Below, one piece after another: positions 1 through 11,259 of a stretch of 64,000 nt of DNA. A program made the translations under genes and the position numbers. Location: assembly GCF_009914755.1 (NCBI RefSeq), contig NC_060936.1; one strand, 5' to 3'. The notes beneath the pieces were generated by a model. The model searched no databases. It saw only the letters and a program-made list of their open reading frames with translations, and was not told where the DNA came from. Each line of letters begins with the position of its first letter. The first letter of the stretch is position 1. Origin of the DNA: the human T2T-CHM13v2.0 reference genome, Homo sapiens.

Positions 1-385
1 TTGGCCTAGGCAATAATTTTTTGAATATAACTCCAAAAGAACAAGCAACTAAAGAAAAAGTAGACAAAAATACACAATGGGATTTCACCAATCTAGACAG
101 CTCATGCATAACAGAGGAAACAATTAACAGAATGAATAGGCAACCTATCAATTGAAAAAAAAGTTGCAAACCATACATCTAATAAGAGATCAGTATCCAA
201 AATACATAAGGAACTCAAACAGTACAATAGCAAAAAAACAAATAAACTGATTTAAAAATGGGGAAAGGGCCTAAATAGATATTTCTCCATTTCTTAAAAG
301 AAGACATAAAAAAATCAAAAGGTATGTGAAAAAATTATTAACATTACTAATCATTAGTGAAATGCAATTTGAAACCACAAAAAGT
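1..385 (+). mobile_element. Old, diverged L1 ORF2 3'-region fragment (L1M/L1PB class), cut by window edge
   Basis: Degenerate L1 ORF2 motifs (CCTAGGCAATAA..., AGGCAACCTA..., CATACATCTAATAAGAG...TCCAAAATACATAAGGAACTC, AAAGAAGACATA, ACTAATCATTAGTGAAATGCAA). Confidence 0.75.
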
Positions 386-431
386 ACTTTTGACTGGTTG
401 CCTCCAGTTGCCAGATAAAGTGAAAGGTCAG

Positions 432-881
432 TGTATTATTCAGGGTTCACTAGAGGGACAGAACTAATAGGATATACACATACATATATATGAAAGTTTA
501 TTAAATAGTATTAACTCACATGATGGCAAGGTCTCACAATAGGATATCTGCAAGCTGAGGAGCAAGGAAGCCAGTGAGAGTCCCAAAGCTGAAGAACGTG
601 GAGTCCAATGTTTGAGGGCACGAAGCACCCAGCATAAGAGAAAGATGTAGGCTGGGAGGCTAACCCAGTCTAGCCTTTAAACATTTTTCTGCCTGCTTTA
701 TATTCTGGCCATGCTAGCAGCTGATTACATGGTGCCCACCCAGATTAAGGGTGGTTCTGCCTTTCCTGGCCCACTGACTCAAATGTTAATCTCCTTTGGC
801 CACACACTTACAGACATATCCAGGATCAGTATTTTGCATCCTTCAATTCAATCAAGTTGACACTTAGTATTAACTGTCACA
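432..881 (-). repeat. 3' LTR of HERV-L (MLT2A; length suggests MLT2A1)
   Basis: Minus strand starts TGTGACAGTTAATACTAAGTGTCAACTTGATTGAATTGAAGG; a purine-rich PPT-like tract abuts it at 882-893; homologous to 7047-7498. Confidence 0.92.
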
Positions 882-1399
882 AATCCACCTCTTATCAACT
901 TGAACCCATATATGTCTCCTGAGATCATAATCTTCAAATAGAGACAATAATAAGGTCATAATTACACCTAACATAATACAACTATCCTTCGTACCACCAG
1001 AAATGTACCAATCCCCAACCCAAATACTATTATATAACATTAACAATACTTAAATGCTGATATGAAGTCAATAAAACTTATGTCACATGATAAAGGAAAC
1101 AGGAAATAAAATGAAGATATTTTCTTAGTACAAGTGTATACATGCAAAAAAATTTTTAACAAAAGAAGGTGGAAATACTTATGACAATTACAGTCCTTGT
1201 TTCTGCAGATGGTCACATGATCATAGCTGGTATTGATGACTACCTTCATCTACTACCCATTTTGTATTCTCTTGGCCTTCAGCAAACACCTCAGCAGGTC
1301 ATTTTTGTTTTCGTTTTGTTTTTTTTTTCCTGGTGGAGTGATCCAAACCTTCATTCCTGAAGGGTCTGGGTTATTTGTAGCCTTGCCTGGAATAAGCTG

Positions 1400-1700
1400 C
1401 TGTAGCTTCCCATTGACCTTAATCACAGGGCATGGTAATACTAAGAGATGCCCTCATGGATCTCTGATATTCCATGTATACTCTTCCTTACCTTCGTTGT
1501 GGAGTAGTAGACTGATTTCATCTTGATAGTTCAGGTCAGTCACCTCAACCAGCACTTCTTAGCCTGTTGACTTAAAGGTAGGAGGAGCCCAAAGTGTTCA
1601 GGTGGCAATCTTAACTTACAGTTTAATGAAATTGTTGTTGTATCTCCTAGTGGCAGCGTAACTCCCTCTGGAACTAAGACCTCTAGGCCAGCAGAATGGA
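1400..1700 (-). pseudogene. HERV-L dUTPase remnant
   Basis: ORF 1540..1857 ends ...GVTLPLGDTTTISLNCKLRLPPEHFGLLLPLSQQAKK, dUTPase-like and placed after integrase as in ERV-L; frameshifted; boundaries approximate. Confidence 0.75.
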
Positions 1701-2480
1701 ATGTTGTTAGAACAGGAAGCAAAAATTTTGCTAGTGGATCACTAGGAGTGATGGTAAGTGGGGCCACTTCCACTTCCACCCCTTGATTCCTGGACCCATG
1801 AATCTTGGCTATGGGAGAAATGGTACCATATACTGGATGCTGATTCAGAACATACACGACCTTCTGGAGAACTTTGCACAGCCCTGCAAAGTATTGTCAC
1901 CTAGTTGACATTGTAATTGTGATTTCAGAAGGCCATTCCACCATTCTCTCAATGCAGCTGCTTCAGCATGATAGCGAACATGGTAAGACCAGTGAATACC
2001 ATGAGCATGAGCCCACTGCCACACTTCTTTAGCCATAAAGTCAGTGCCTTGGTCAGAGGCAATGCTGTGTGGAATACCATGATGTTGGATAAGGCATTCC
2101 ATGAGTCCACGGATGGTAGACTTGGCAGAAGCATTGCATGCAGGATAGGCAAGCCCATGTCCAGATTAACTGTCTATTCCAGTGAGGAGAAACCTCTGCC
2201 CTTTCCATGATGGAAGAGGTCCAATATAATTCACCTGCCACCAGGTAGCTGGCTGATCACCCCTAGGAATGGTACCATATTGAGGGCTCAGTGTTGGTCT
2301 CTGCTCCTGGTAAATTGGCACTCAACAGTGGCCGTAGCCAGGTCAGCCTTGATGAGTGGAAGTCCATGTTGCTGAGGCCATGCCTAACCTCCACTCCTGC
2401 CACCATGGCCACTTTGTTCATGGGTCCATTGAGCGATGACAGGGGTGGTTGGGGAAAGAGGCTAAGTGGTGTCCACAGAA
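1700..2480 (-). pseudogene. HERV-L integrase remnant
   Basis: ORF 1845..2102 HHGIPHSIASDQGTDF...AAALREWWNGLLK (DDE core); frameshifted; boundaries approximate. Confidence 0.85.
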
Positions 2481-4250
2481 CAGGTCATCCTATCCACTTG
2501 ATTATTAAAATCCTTCTCTGCTGAGGTCACCCGTTGGTGAGCACTCACATGGAATAAAGATATCATGACAGTTTTTGACCACTCAGAGAGGTCCATCCAC
2601 ATACCTCTTCCCCAGATTTCTTTATCACCTATTTTCCAATCATGCTTCTTCCAAGTCCCTGACCATCCAGCCAAACCATTGGCTACAGCCCACGAATCAG
2701 TGTATAATCACACATTTGGCCATTTCTCCTTCCAGGCAAAGTGCACAACCAGGTGTACTGATTGAAGTTCTGCCTACTGGGAAGATTTCCCTTCACTGCT
2801 GTCCTTCAGGGATGTCCTAGAAAGGGGCTGCAGTGCTGCAGCTGTCCACTTTTGGGTGGTGCCTGCATATTGTGCAGACCGTCTGTGACCAGGCCCTAGT
2901 CTTCTTTTCCTCGGCCAACTGACCATAGGGAACTCCCTTTGAGGCTATCGGTGCAGGCTCGGGGACAGAAGGGCAGGTGGCAGGAGTGGAGACCATGGAC
3001 ATTTGAGCCACTTTCTCATGTAACTTTTGCCTCCAGGACCTGCTGGAGCCTGATCACGTATATACCACTTGTGTTTGATGATGGAATGCTGTTGTGCATG
3101 ACCCACTTTATGGTTAGATAGGTCAGAAAGCACCCAGCTCATGATAGGCAGTTCAGCTCATATGGTACTTGATGACCCATGGCCAAATGTCCAATTTCCA
3201 CCTTAGCCCATTAACAGGCCAAGAGCTGTTGCTCAAAAGGGGGGTAGTTATCTGCAGAAGATGGCAGGGCCTTGCTCCAAAATAGAGGCCTCCACTGTGA
3301 TTCACCTATGGGGGTCTGCCAAAGGCTCCAAATAGCATCCCTATTTGCCAATAACACCTCAGGCACCATTGGATCTACTGGGTCATATGGTCCAAGTGAC
3401 AGAGCAGCTTGCACAGCAGCCTAGAACTGTTGCAGAGCATTCTCTTTTTGTGGACCCCACTCGAAACTGGCAGCCTTTCAGTTCACACAAATGAGGAATA
3501 TATTGCCTTCAGAATCCAAATAGGGCTACTAGGCATTGTGCTAAAGATGCACAATGGTTGTAGAAGGGGCCAAATCCAGCAACTTATCCTTCACTTTAGA
3601 AGGAATACCTCAAAAAGCCCCACATCACTGGACCCCTTGAAATTTTACTGAGGTAGAAGGTCCTTCAATTTTAGTCGGATTTATTTTTTTTTCCTCTGTC
3701 ATGGAAATGTCTCACCAGTCAGTCCAGTGTGTTTGCTACTTCTTGCTCATTGGATCTAATCAGCATAATGTTACCAATGTAATGGACCAGTGTGATATCT
3801 TGTGGAAGCAATAAGTGATCAAGGTCTCTTGGAATAAGATTATGACATAAAGCGGGAGAGTCGATATAACCCTGAGGCAGGACAGTAAAGGTATATTGCT
3901 GGTCTTGCCAGCTGAAGGCAAATTGCTTCTGGTGAGCCTTATGGACAGGAATGGAGAAAAAGGCATTTGCCAAGTCAATGTCTGCATACCAGGTACCAGG
4001 AGATATGTTAATTTGCTCAAGCAATGAAACCACATCTGGTACAGCAGCTGTAATTGGAGTCACCACATAGTTAAGCTTATGATAATCCACAGGCATTCTC
4101 CAAGACCCATCTGTCTTCTGCACAGGCCAAATGGGAGAATTGAATGGGGATGTGGTGGGAATCACCACCCCTGCATCTTTCAAGTCCTTGATGGTGGGAC
4201 TCATCTACACAGTCCCTTTAGGGATGCAATATTGTTTTTGATTTACTAGG
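2480..4250 (-). pseudogene. HERV-L reverse transcriptase / RNase H remnant
   Basis: ORF 3719..4204 ([34 protein letters not shown]); YIDD reads YIGN at 3770-3781; RNaseH-like WKIGDKEIWG...FHVSAHQ in ORF 2462..2674. Confidence 0.9.
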
Positions 4251-4269
4251 TTGAGGCAGCTCTAATGGC

Positions 4270-4600
4270 TTCCATTTGGCCTTTTCCACCATCATCACCC
4301 TCACTCTACCAGTATGGAGTCAATGTGGGCGTTCTGCCAGCTGGTAAGTATGTCTATGCCAATTATGCATTCTGGCACTGGGGAAATTACCACAGGATGA
4401 TTCTAGGGACCCACTGGACCCACTGTAAGTCAAACCTGAGCTAAAAGTTTATTAATTGCTTGACCCCCTATAAGCCCCTACTTAACTGGAGGAACACAAT
4501 GACATTTTGGGTCCCCTGGAATCAAAGTCAGCTCAGAGCCAGTGTCCAGTAGTCCCTGAAATGTCTGATCATTTTCTTTTCCCCAATGCACATGTACCCT
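4270..4600 (-). pseudogene. HERV-L protease remnant
   Basis: Minus strand of ~4525-4557 reads GLLDTGSELT (aspartyl protease DTG motif). Confidence 0.8.
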
Positions 4601-4850
4601 GGTAAAATGCTGGAGGTCTTCTGGGGAAGGATAGGAGAAAGATTAAGGGCATAAATTGTTGGTTGTGCAGTGGGGTCCTTCCTCAAGGGGACCTAGCCTC
4701 CCCTTCATTCAAGGGGTTCTGGGTCTGTAAACTGGCTCAAGTCTGGAAATTGATTGAGGGGTTGTGATTCTCTGTTTTTATAATTCAAATTAGTCTTTTG
4801 TCCATTTGACCTGGAAGTTTTCTGCTTATATAAATTAAGTAGGAATGCAG

Positions 4851-5378
4851 GGCCAGGAACTGCGGCTCACATCTGTAATCTCAGCACTTTGGGAGGCTCA
4901 GTTGGGCAGATCACCTGAGGTCAGGAGTTTGAAGCCAGCCTAGCCAACATGGTGAAACCCCATCTCTATTAAAAATACAAAAACATTGAACAATGAGAAC
5001 ACATGGACACGGGAAGGGGAACATCACACACTGGGACCTGTTGTGGGGTGGGGGGAGGGGGGAGGAATAGCATTAGGAGATACACCTAATGTTAAATGAC
5101 AAGTTGATGGGTGCAGCACACCAACATGGCACATGTATACATATGTAACTAACCTGCACATTGTGCACATGTACCCTAAAACTTAAAGTATAATAAAAAA
5201 ATAGAAAAGAAAAAAATACAAAAAAAAAAGTGGTTGTGGTTTGTGCACCTGTAGTCCCAGCTACTCAGGAGGCTGGGGCAGGCGAATTGCTTGAACCTTG
5301 GAGGCAGAGGCTGCAGTGAGCCCAGATCACACCACTGCACTCCAGGCTGGGTGACACACTGAGACTCCATCTCAAAAA
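4851..5378 (+). mobile_element. AluS split in its A-rich linker by an L1 3' fragment
   Basis: Left arm 4851-4983, right arm ~5225-5378; TSD AGGAATGCAG (4841-4850)/AGAAATGCAG (5379-5388). Confidence 0.9.
4984..5211 (+). mobile_element. 5'-truncated L1PA (about L1PA3-5) 3' UTR with A-tail, inserted in the Alu
   Basis: ATTGAACAATGAGAACACATGGACAC...G-tract...GTACCCTAAAACTTAAAGTATAATAAAA; TSD AAAAATACAAAAA at 4971-4983 and 5212-5224. Confidence 0.92.
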
Positions 5379-7023
5379 AGAAATGCAGTAGGATTCCTAT
5401 CAATTTCACTTCTAGGAACACCATGATTAATTAACCAATGCCGTAGTCTGACACGAGTCAGACTATTCCGATTGCTGCTTTGCCTGTGCTGTCCATTACA
5501 GTAGCTACACCCACCTTACCTTTGAAGGTTGACTGCCACCAATTGGCCCCTGCCACCTCTGGATTCAATTATTCCCATTGTATTTAAATTTTATAGTTCA
5601 GTGACTAGTTCCCAGTGTTAGATCTGACATAAGGAAAAGAGCAATTACAGGTCTCCTCAAAAATGCAGGTGCTGCTCTCACAAATCTATTTCGCAAAGCA
5701 TTGGTTAAGAGTGTATCTTCTAGACCCTCCCAGCTGGGATGAGTAGGTCTAAAGTGACTGATTCACTCCACCATCCCAATCTCCCTAAGCCTTTGGATCC
5801 CTTCCTCTACATTAAATCAAGGGAGATAAGGCATTTCCAGCTCACTCACAGTGGGCCATCTTTTAATCCATATGACAGCTAACCAAGAAAATAAACTATT
5901 AGAACCTTTTTAAACCCCCCATGCTGCAATGTTAAATGCAGAGTCTCTACTTAGTGACCCCAAATCAATACATTTAGCCTGATCCAACTCTATTTTTCTT
6001 CCACCATTATCTCACACCCTTAATATCCATTCCCATGCCTGTTCTCCAGTTTCCTGCTTATATAAGTTAGAAAACTCAAACAGTTCTTTTTGCATGTAGC
6101 ACACCTCCTCATGGGTCAGACTCTGAACCTCACCTCTAGGGGCCCTCCAGGACTTTAGTCTAGTTATAGGCCTAGAAGCAAACAGGGGTGTTGGGGGGTG
6201 GTTTCTGAGGAGAATCAACATTATCTTGCCTGGCAACTGCCACAGGGAAGGCCATCACTGTTGCTTCAGGCAGCCCAGGGTTTATCTCCTCATACAAAGG
6301 TGGAAAGGCTGATGGCAACATGGGTTAGGGAGAGGATGTTGCTGCTACTGGGGATGGGGAAGCCGTTTCTTCTGGTAAAAAAGGTTAATCAGAGTTCACA
6401 AACTCAGTGTCCCCAGCTTCATCAGGGTCCTCCCACATGTCCCCATTCCAAGTTTCAGGGTCCCATTCTTTTCCAATCAATGCCCTCACTTTAAAGTAGA
6501 CACCTGGTGAGGCTGTACGTGCATCTTTCATTGCAGGTCAGCCACTCACATGATAAGAGCTTGTGTCTGTTTCCCCACAATTTCAGCTGTTTCTCTACAG
6601 CAGATAAGACTCTCACTCAGGGCAATCTTAGTAGATTTAAGACTCATATCTCAAGTATCTGCTTCTGAAGCTAGCAGTTAGAATCTCTGAATTCATCATT
6701 TTCTTTCATCACTTTGTTGAGTGAACTTAGGAGCAACCAACCAACTTTTCTTCTTCATTATGTTCCTTGGTTCTCCACATATATTCAAAGGCATTATGTA
6801 TAGAGTAACTAAACTCCTTGTCTCTCATGAGTGGTGATTCAGGCATGTCAAATGCATTTATTTTGCATAACTCTCTAAACAGTTCATACCAAGGACTATC
6901 AGTGTTCTCCATACTATTAGAAGTAGAGTCCTTAGCATTTTTGGGTCTAATCATATTAAGCAGCCAACTCCAGAAACCCCAAAACCAATGAAAAAACTCC
7001 ATCCTTAATATTCTGTTTCTCTA

Positions 7024-7041
7024 GAACCACTCTTGGTACCA
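7024..7041 (-). other. Primer binding site (tRNA-Leu type) of HERV-L
   Basis: Minus strand TGGTACCAAGAGTGGTTC a few nt downstream of the 5' LTR. Confidence 0.8.
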
Positions 7042-7046
7042 AAATC

Positions 7047-7498
7047 TGTATTATTCAGGGTTCTCTAGAGGGACAGAATTAATAGTATACATAAACTCCT
7101 ATATATATAAGAGTTTACTAAGTAGTATTAACTCACATGATCACAAGGTCTTACAATAGGTCATCTGCAAGCTGAGGAGCAAGGAAGCCAGTCTGAGTCC
7201 CAAAGCTGAAGAACCTGGAGTCCAATGTTCAAGTACAGGAAGCATCCAGCACAGGAGAAAGATGTAGGCTGGGAGGCTAAGCCAGTCTAGCCTTTTCACA
7301 TTTTTCTGCCTGCTTTATATTTTGGCCATGGAGGTAGCTGATTTGATGGTACCCACCCAAGTTAAGGGTGGGTGTACCTTTCCCAGTCCACTGACTCAAA
7401 TGTTAATCTCCTTTGGCAACACCCTCGAAGACACACCCAGGATCAATACTTTGCATCCTTCAATCCAATCAAGTTGACACTCATTATTAACCATCACA
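7047..7498 (-). repeat. 5' LTR of HERV-L (MLT2A; length suggests MLT2A1)
   Basis: Minus strand starts TGTGATGGTTAATAATGAGTGTCAACTTGATTGGATTGAAGGATGCAAAG; followed by PBS and gag. Confidence 0.92.
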
Positions 7499-7519
7499 GT
7501 AAGCATTTTTTACAATATG

Positions 7520-7745
7520 TTTAGTATGTGCTAGGCACCATGCTGAGTACTTCACATGCATTGACTCAGTAATCTACAAAAAGTATTGTTAGCTAGAACT
7601 TACAGTTGAGGAATTTGAGGCATAGATAATTTGATAATTTAGGAAAGTTTTCCAAAGTTACAAAGGCAGTAAGTGGCAGAATCAGTATTCCAACTCCTGC
7701 AACTTCAGTTTATAGTCCTTATGTTTAACCTCTGCACGACACTGT
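7520..7745 (-). mobile_element. MIR SINE fragment
   Basis: GTGCTAGGCACCATGCTGAG...CTTACAGTTGAGGAATTTGAGGCATAGA...CCAAAGTTACAAAGGCAGTAAGTGGCAGAATC, MIR-like; boundaries approximate. Confidence 0.55.
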
Positions 7746-9801
7746 TTCTTTTCTAGTCGATCAAATATGTTCATTTTTAACATTTTTTTACTAATTATTA
7801 CCTCTATGCAGATATATGTACAAATTCCCTCTATTCCTGTCTTTCCTCACCCACCTCCCAGACTTACGCTTCTCAGCCAAGCTGCATCTTTCTCCACATC
7901 ACTCAAGATTCACTTTTCATTTTTTTCAAAGATGGTGGATTAGAGGCTTTTAGCATTTTTCAGCCACCTGGAAACAGAAAAATAGTGCATCAAGATCAAC
8001 TCTGTGAGCTTTCATTCAAGAAAAAAAAAATAGTAATCCGCTGGAATCATGAAGGACATCCTAGATCTTAGGGAGAAGAATATGGACAAACAACCTCCAT
8101 GGCAGTGTCTAGCTGATAAAAAGAGTGTGTTGAGGCACAACCATCCTCACCCCACACCAAGGCAGATCTTCAGGCATTCAGGGCATCTGTTTATCCAGTT
8201 AACAGCCTGAGGCACCCCTCTCATCCTGTGCAGAGAATTTGGTGTAGTGTAGGAGCCCCCTACACTTCATGCCCAGGAAAATCTCCACACATCTGACGTA
8301 CCCATTCTCCTGGATTTTGAGTTTAGGCTACCTTCACTTCCCATGCAGAGCAATTGGGGCCAAGGAGTTTTCCTAGCTTTATGCCTAGGCACATCTCTGG
8401 GTGCTTGGTGGCCACCCGCTGGATTCTCCTTCAGTACTAGTGCTTGTGACTTCCATCGGGGACCTATAGATGGTTCTGTCTGGTTCAGCCCCATCCATCT
8501 TGCCCCCACCCCTGGGCTGAGCAGGGTGCTCAGACCACTGTGCACTCCAGGATCAGCCCATTGCCTGAGGTAACAGAGAACTTCTTCCAATAAGGAAGGA
8601 TCAAGTATGTACCCAACCCTATTGGCTGCAGCCAACTCTTACCTATAAGAATAATCTATGACCTCTAGGTCAAACTGCATAGCCCAATATAAAACTTGCT
8701 AATAGAGGTTTATAGGGCTATAGAAACAAAGCCAAAAGACCGTATCCAGAATTCTCTCCAGTTACACCCCCTAGGGAAGTGGGGAAAAAGAAAGAAAAAA
8801 ATATTATATGGGAAAAAAGAAAGAAAAAACATCTTGTCCATATGAAAATAATTACAAAAATTAGAAGTGCCAGCATCTCCAGATGACAAGAAATCAGTGT
8901 AAGAATTCCAGCATCACAAAAAATCTGAATGTTGTGATACCACCAAAGGATCACACTAACTAGCCAATGATAATCCATAACCAAAATAGAAACTCAGAAA
9001 TGACAGATAAAGAATTCAAAGCATGGATTGCAAGGAAGCACAACAAGATCCAAGACGAGGTTGAAAATCAACACAAAGAAACTTCTAAAGCAATCCAGAA
9101 AATGAAAAAAGGGATAAACATCTTAAAAAGAAATTAGTCAGAGCTTCTGGAATTGAAAAACTTACTTAAGGAATTTCAAAATACAACTGAAAGCTTTATC
9201 AATAAACTGGACCAAGCAGAATAAATAATTTCAAAGTTTAAGATTGATCTTTTAAACTAACACAGACAGAAATTTAAAAATGAGCAAAATCTTCAAGTAA
9301 TATAAAATTATGTAAAGTAGCCAAATGTATGAATTATTGACATTCCTGAGAGACAAGGAGAAAAAGTAAACAACATGGAAACATATTTGAAGGAATAGTT
9401 CTAGAAAATATCCGTATTTTTGCCAGAGAGATAAACATCCAGATACAAGAAATCCAGAGAACACTTGCTAGATACTTTACAAAATGAGCATAACAAAGGC
9501 ATATGGTCACCAGACTGTCTGAGGTCAATGGTAAAAAAAAAAATCTTAAAGACAGCTAGAAAAAAATGGTCAGATGACTTTTAAAGGGAAACTCTATTAG
9601 GCTAACACTGGACTTCTCAGCAGAAACCTTATAAGCTGAGAGAGATTGGGGGCCTATTTTTGGCATTCTTAAAGTAATTCCAACCATGAATTTTATATTC
9701 CATCAAACTAAGCTTTGTCAGCAAAAAGAAATAAAATCTTTTCTAGACAAGTAAATGCTAAGGAAATTATTTTTAAACCAATAAACCAGCCTTACGAGTG
9801 A

Positions 9802-9992
9802 TTTTTTTTTTTTTTCTGAGACGGAGTCTTGCTCTGTCACCCAGGGTGGAGTGCAGTGGGACGATCCCAGCTAACTGCAATCTCCACCTCCTGAGTTCAA
9901 GCGATTCTCCTGCCTCAGCCTCCTGAGTAGCTGGACTATAGGTGCCTGCCACCATGCCCGGCTAATTTTTGTATTTTTAGTAGAGATGGGGT
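9802..9992 (-). mobile_element. Truncated AluS (right arm plus linker) in the host L1 ORF1 end
   Basis: Poly-T then GAGACGGAGTCTTGCTCTGTCACCCAGG...GTATTTTTAGTAGAGATGGGGT; no clear TSD. Confidence 0.88.
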
Positions 9993-11259
9993 GAGTTCTA
10001 AGAATGCCACCACAAGACTCACCTAAGCACATAGCTCACAAACTCTATAAAGCAACCACACAGTAGAAAGTACAAAGCAACCAACTAACAACTTCATGAT
10101 AGGATTCAAACCTCATATATCAATATTAACTATGAATGTAAATGGTCTGAATGCCCCACTTAAAAGAGATAGAATGGCAAATTGAATTTTAAAAAGACCC
10201 ATCCATCTGCTGTCAAGAGACCAATTTCAGGTTCTGTTCCAAGATGGCCAAATAGGAACAGCTCGGTCTGCAGCTCCCAGCGTGATCAATGCAGAAGACA
10301 GGTGATTTCTGCATTTCCCACTGAGGGACCTGGTTCATCTCACTGGGACTGGTCAGAAAGTGGGTGCAGCCCATGGAGGGTGAGCCGAAGTGGGGTGGGG
10401 CATTGCCTCACCTGGGAAGCACAAGGGGTCAGGGGAGTTTCCTTTCCTAGCTAAGGGAAGCTGTGACAGACTGTACTGGGAAAATCAGGACACTGCCACC
10501 TAAACACCATGTTTTTCCAATGGTCTTAGCATACAGCACACCAGGAGATTATATCCCACACATGGCTCAGTGGGTCCCACAACCAAAGTGCCTTGCTCAC
10601 TGCTAGTCCGAGATCGAACTGTGAGGCAGCAAGCCTGGCTGGGGGAGGGGTATCCGCCATTGCTGAGGCTTGCCTAGGTAAACAAAGCACCAGGAAGCTC
10701 GAAGTGGGTGGAGCCCATCGCAACTCAACGAGGCCCGCCTGCCTCTGTAGACTCCACCTCTGGGGGCAGGGCATAGCTGAATAAAAGGCAGAAGAAACTT
10801 CTACAGACTTAAACGTCCCTGTCTGACAGCTCTGAAGAGAGTAGTGGTTCTCCCAGCAAGGTGTTTGAGCTCTGAGAATGGACAGACTGCCCCCTCAAGT
10901 GGGTCCCTGACCCCCATGTAGCCTAACTGGGAGACACCTCCCAGTAGAGGCCAACTGAAACTTCATACAGCCAGGTGCCCCTCTGAGATGAAGCTTCCAG
11001 AGGAAGGATCAGGCAGCAATATTTGCTGTCCTGCAATATTTGCTGTTCTGCAGCCTATGCTGGTGATACCCAGGCAAACAGGGTCTGGAGAGGACCTCCA
11101 GCAAACTCCAACAGAACTGGAGCTGAGGGACCTGACTGTTAGAAGGAAAACTAATGAACAGAAAGGAATTGCGTCAACATCAACAAAAAGGATATCCACA
11201 CCAAAACCTCATCCGTAGGTCACCATCATCAAAGACCAAAGGTAGATAAAACCACAAAG

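Larger units (their letters stand above)
4600..7002 (-). pseudogene. HERV-L gag remnant (interrupted by Alu/L1 at 4851-5378)
   Basis: ORFs 6727..7002 (FWSWLLNMIRPKNAKDS...PWYELFRELCKINAFD) and 6012..6236 (SRPITRLKS...EQAWEWILRV), typical ERV-L gag. Confidence 0.85.
432..7498 (-). mobile_element. Near-full-length HERV-L provirus (MLT2A LTRs; gag-pro-pol-dUTPase, no env), decayed
   Basis: Two ~450-bp direct LTRs with TG...CA ends, 5-bp TSD GTCAG(427-431)/GTAAG(7499-7503), tRNA-Leu PBS, ERV-L gag/pro/RT/RNaseH/IN/dUTPase peptides in minus-strand ORFs. Confidence 0.95.

Noticed and set aside
3719-4204. 161-aa RT ORF as a domesticated retroviral gene
   Set aside because: Catalytic DD is replaced by GN and the neighbouring pol frames are disrupted; length fits neutral decay
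11016-11051. 17-bp tandem repeat GCAATATTTGCTGT(C/T)CT in the L1 5' UTR
   Set aside because: As I recall it, a normal feature of L1PA6/7-age 5' UTRs rather than locus-specific
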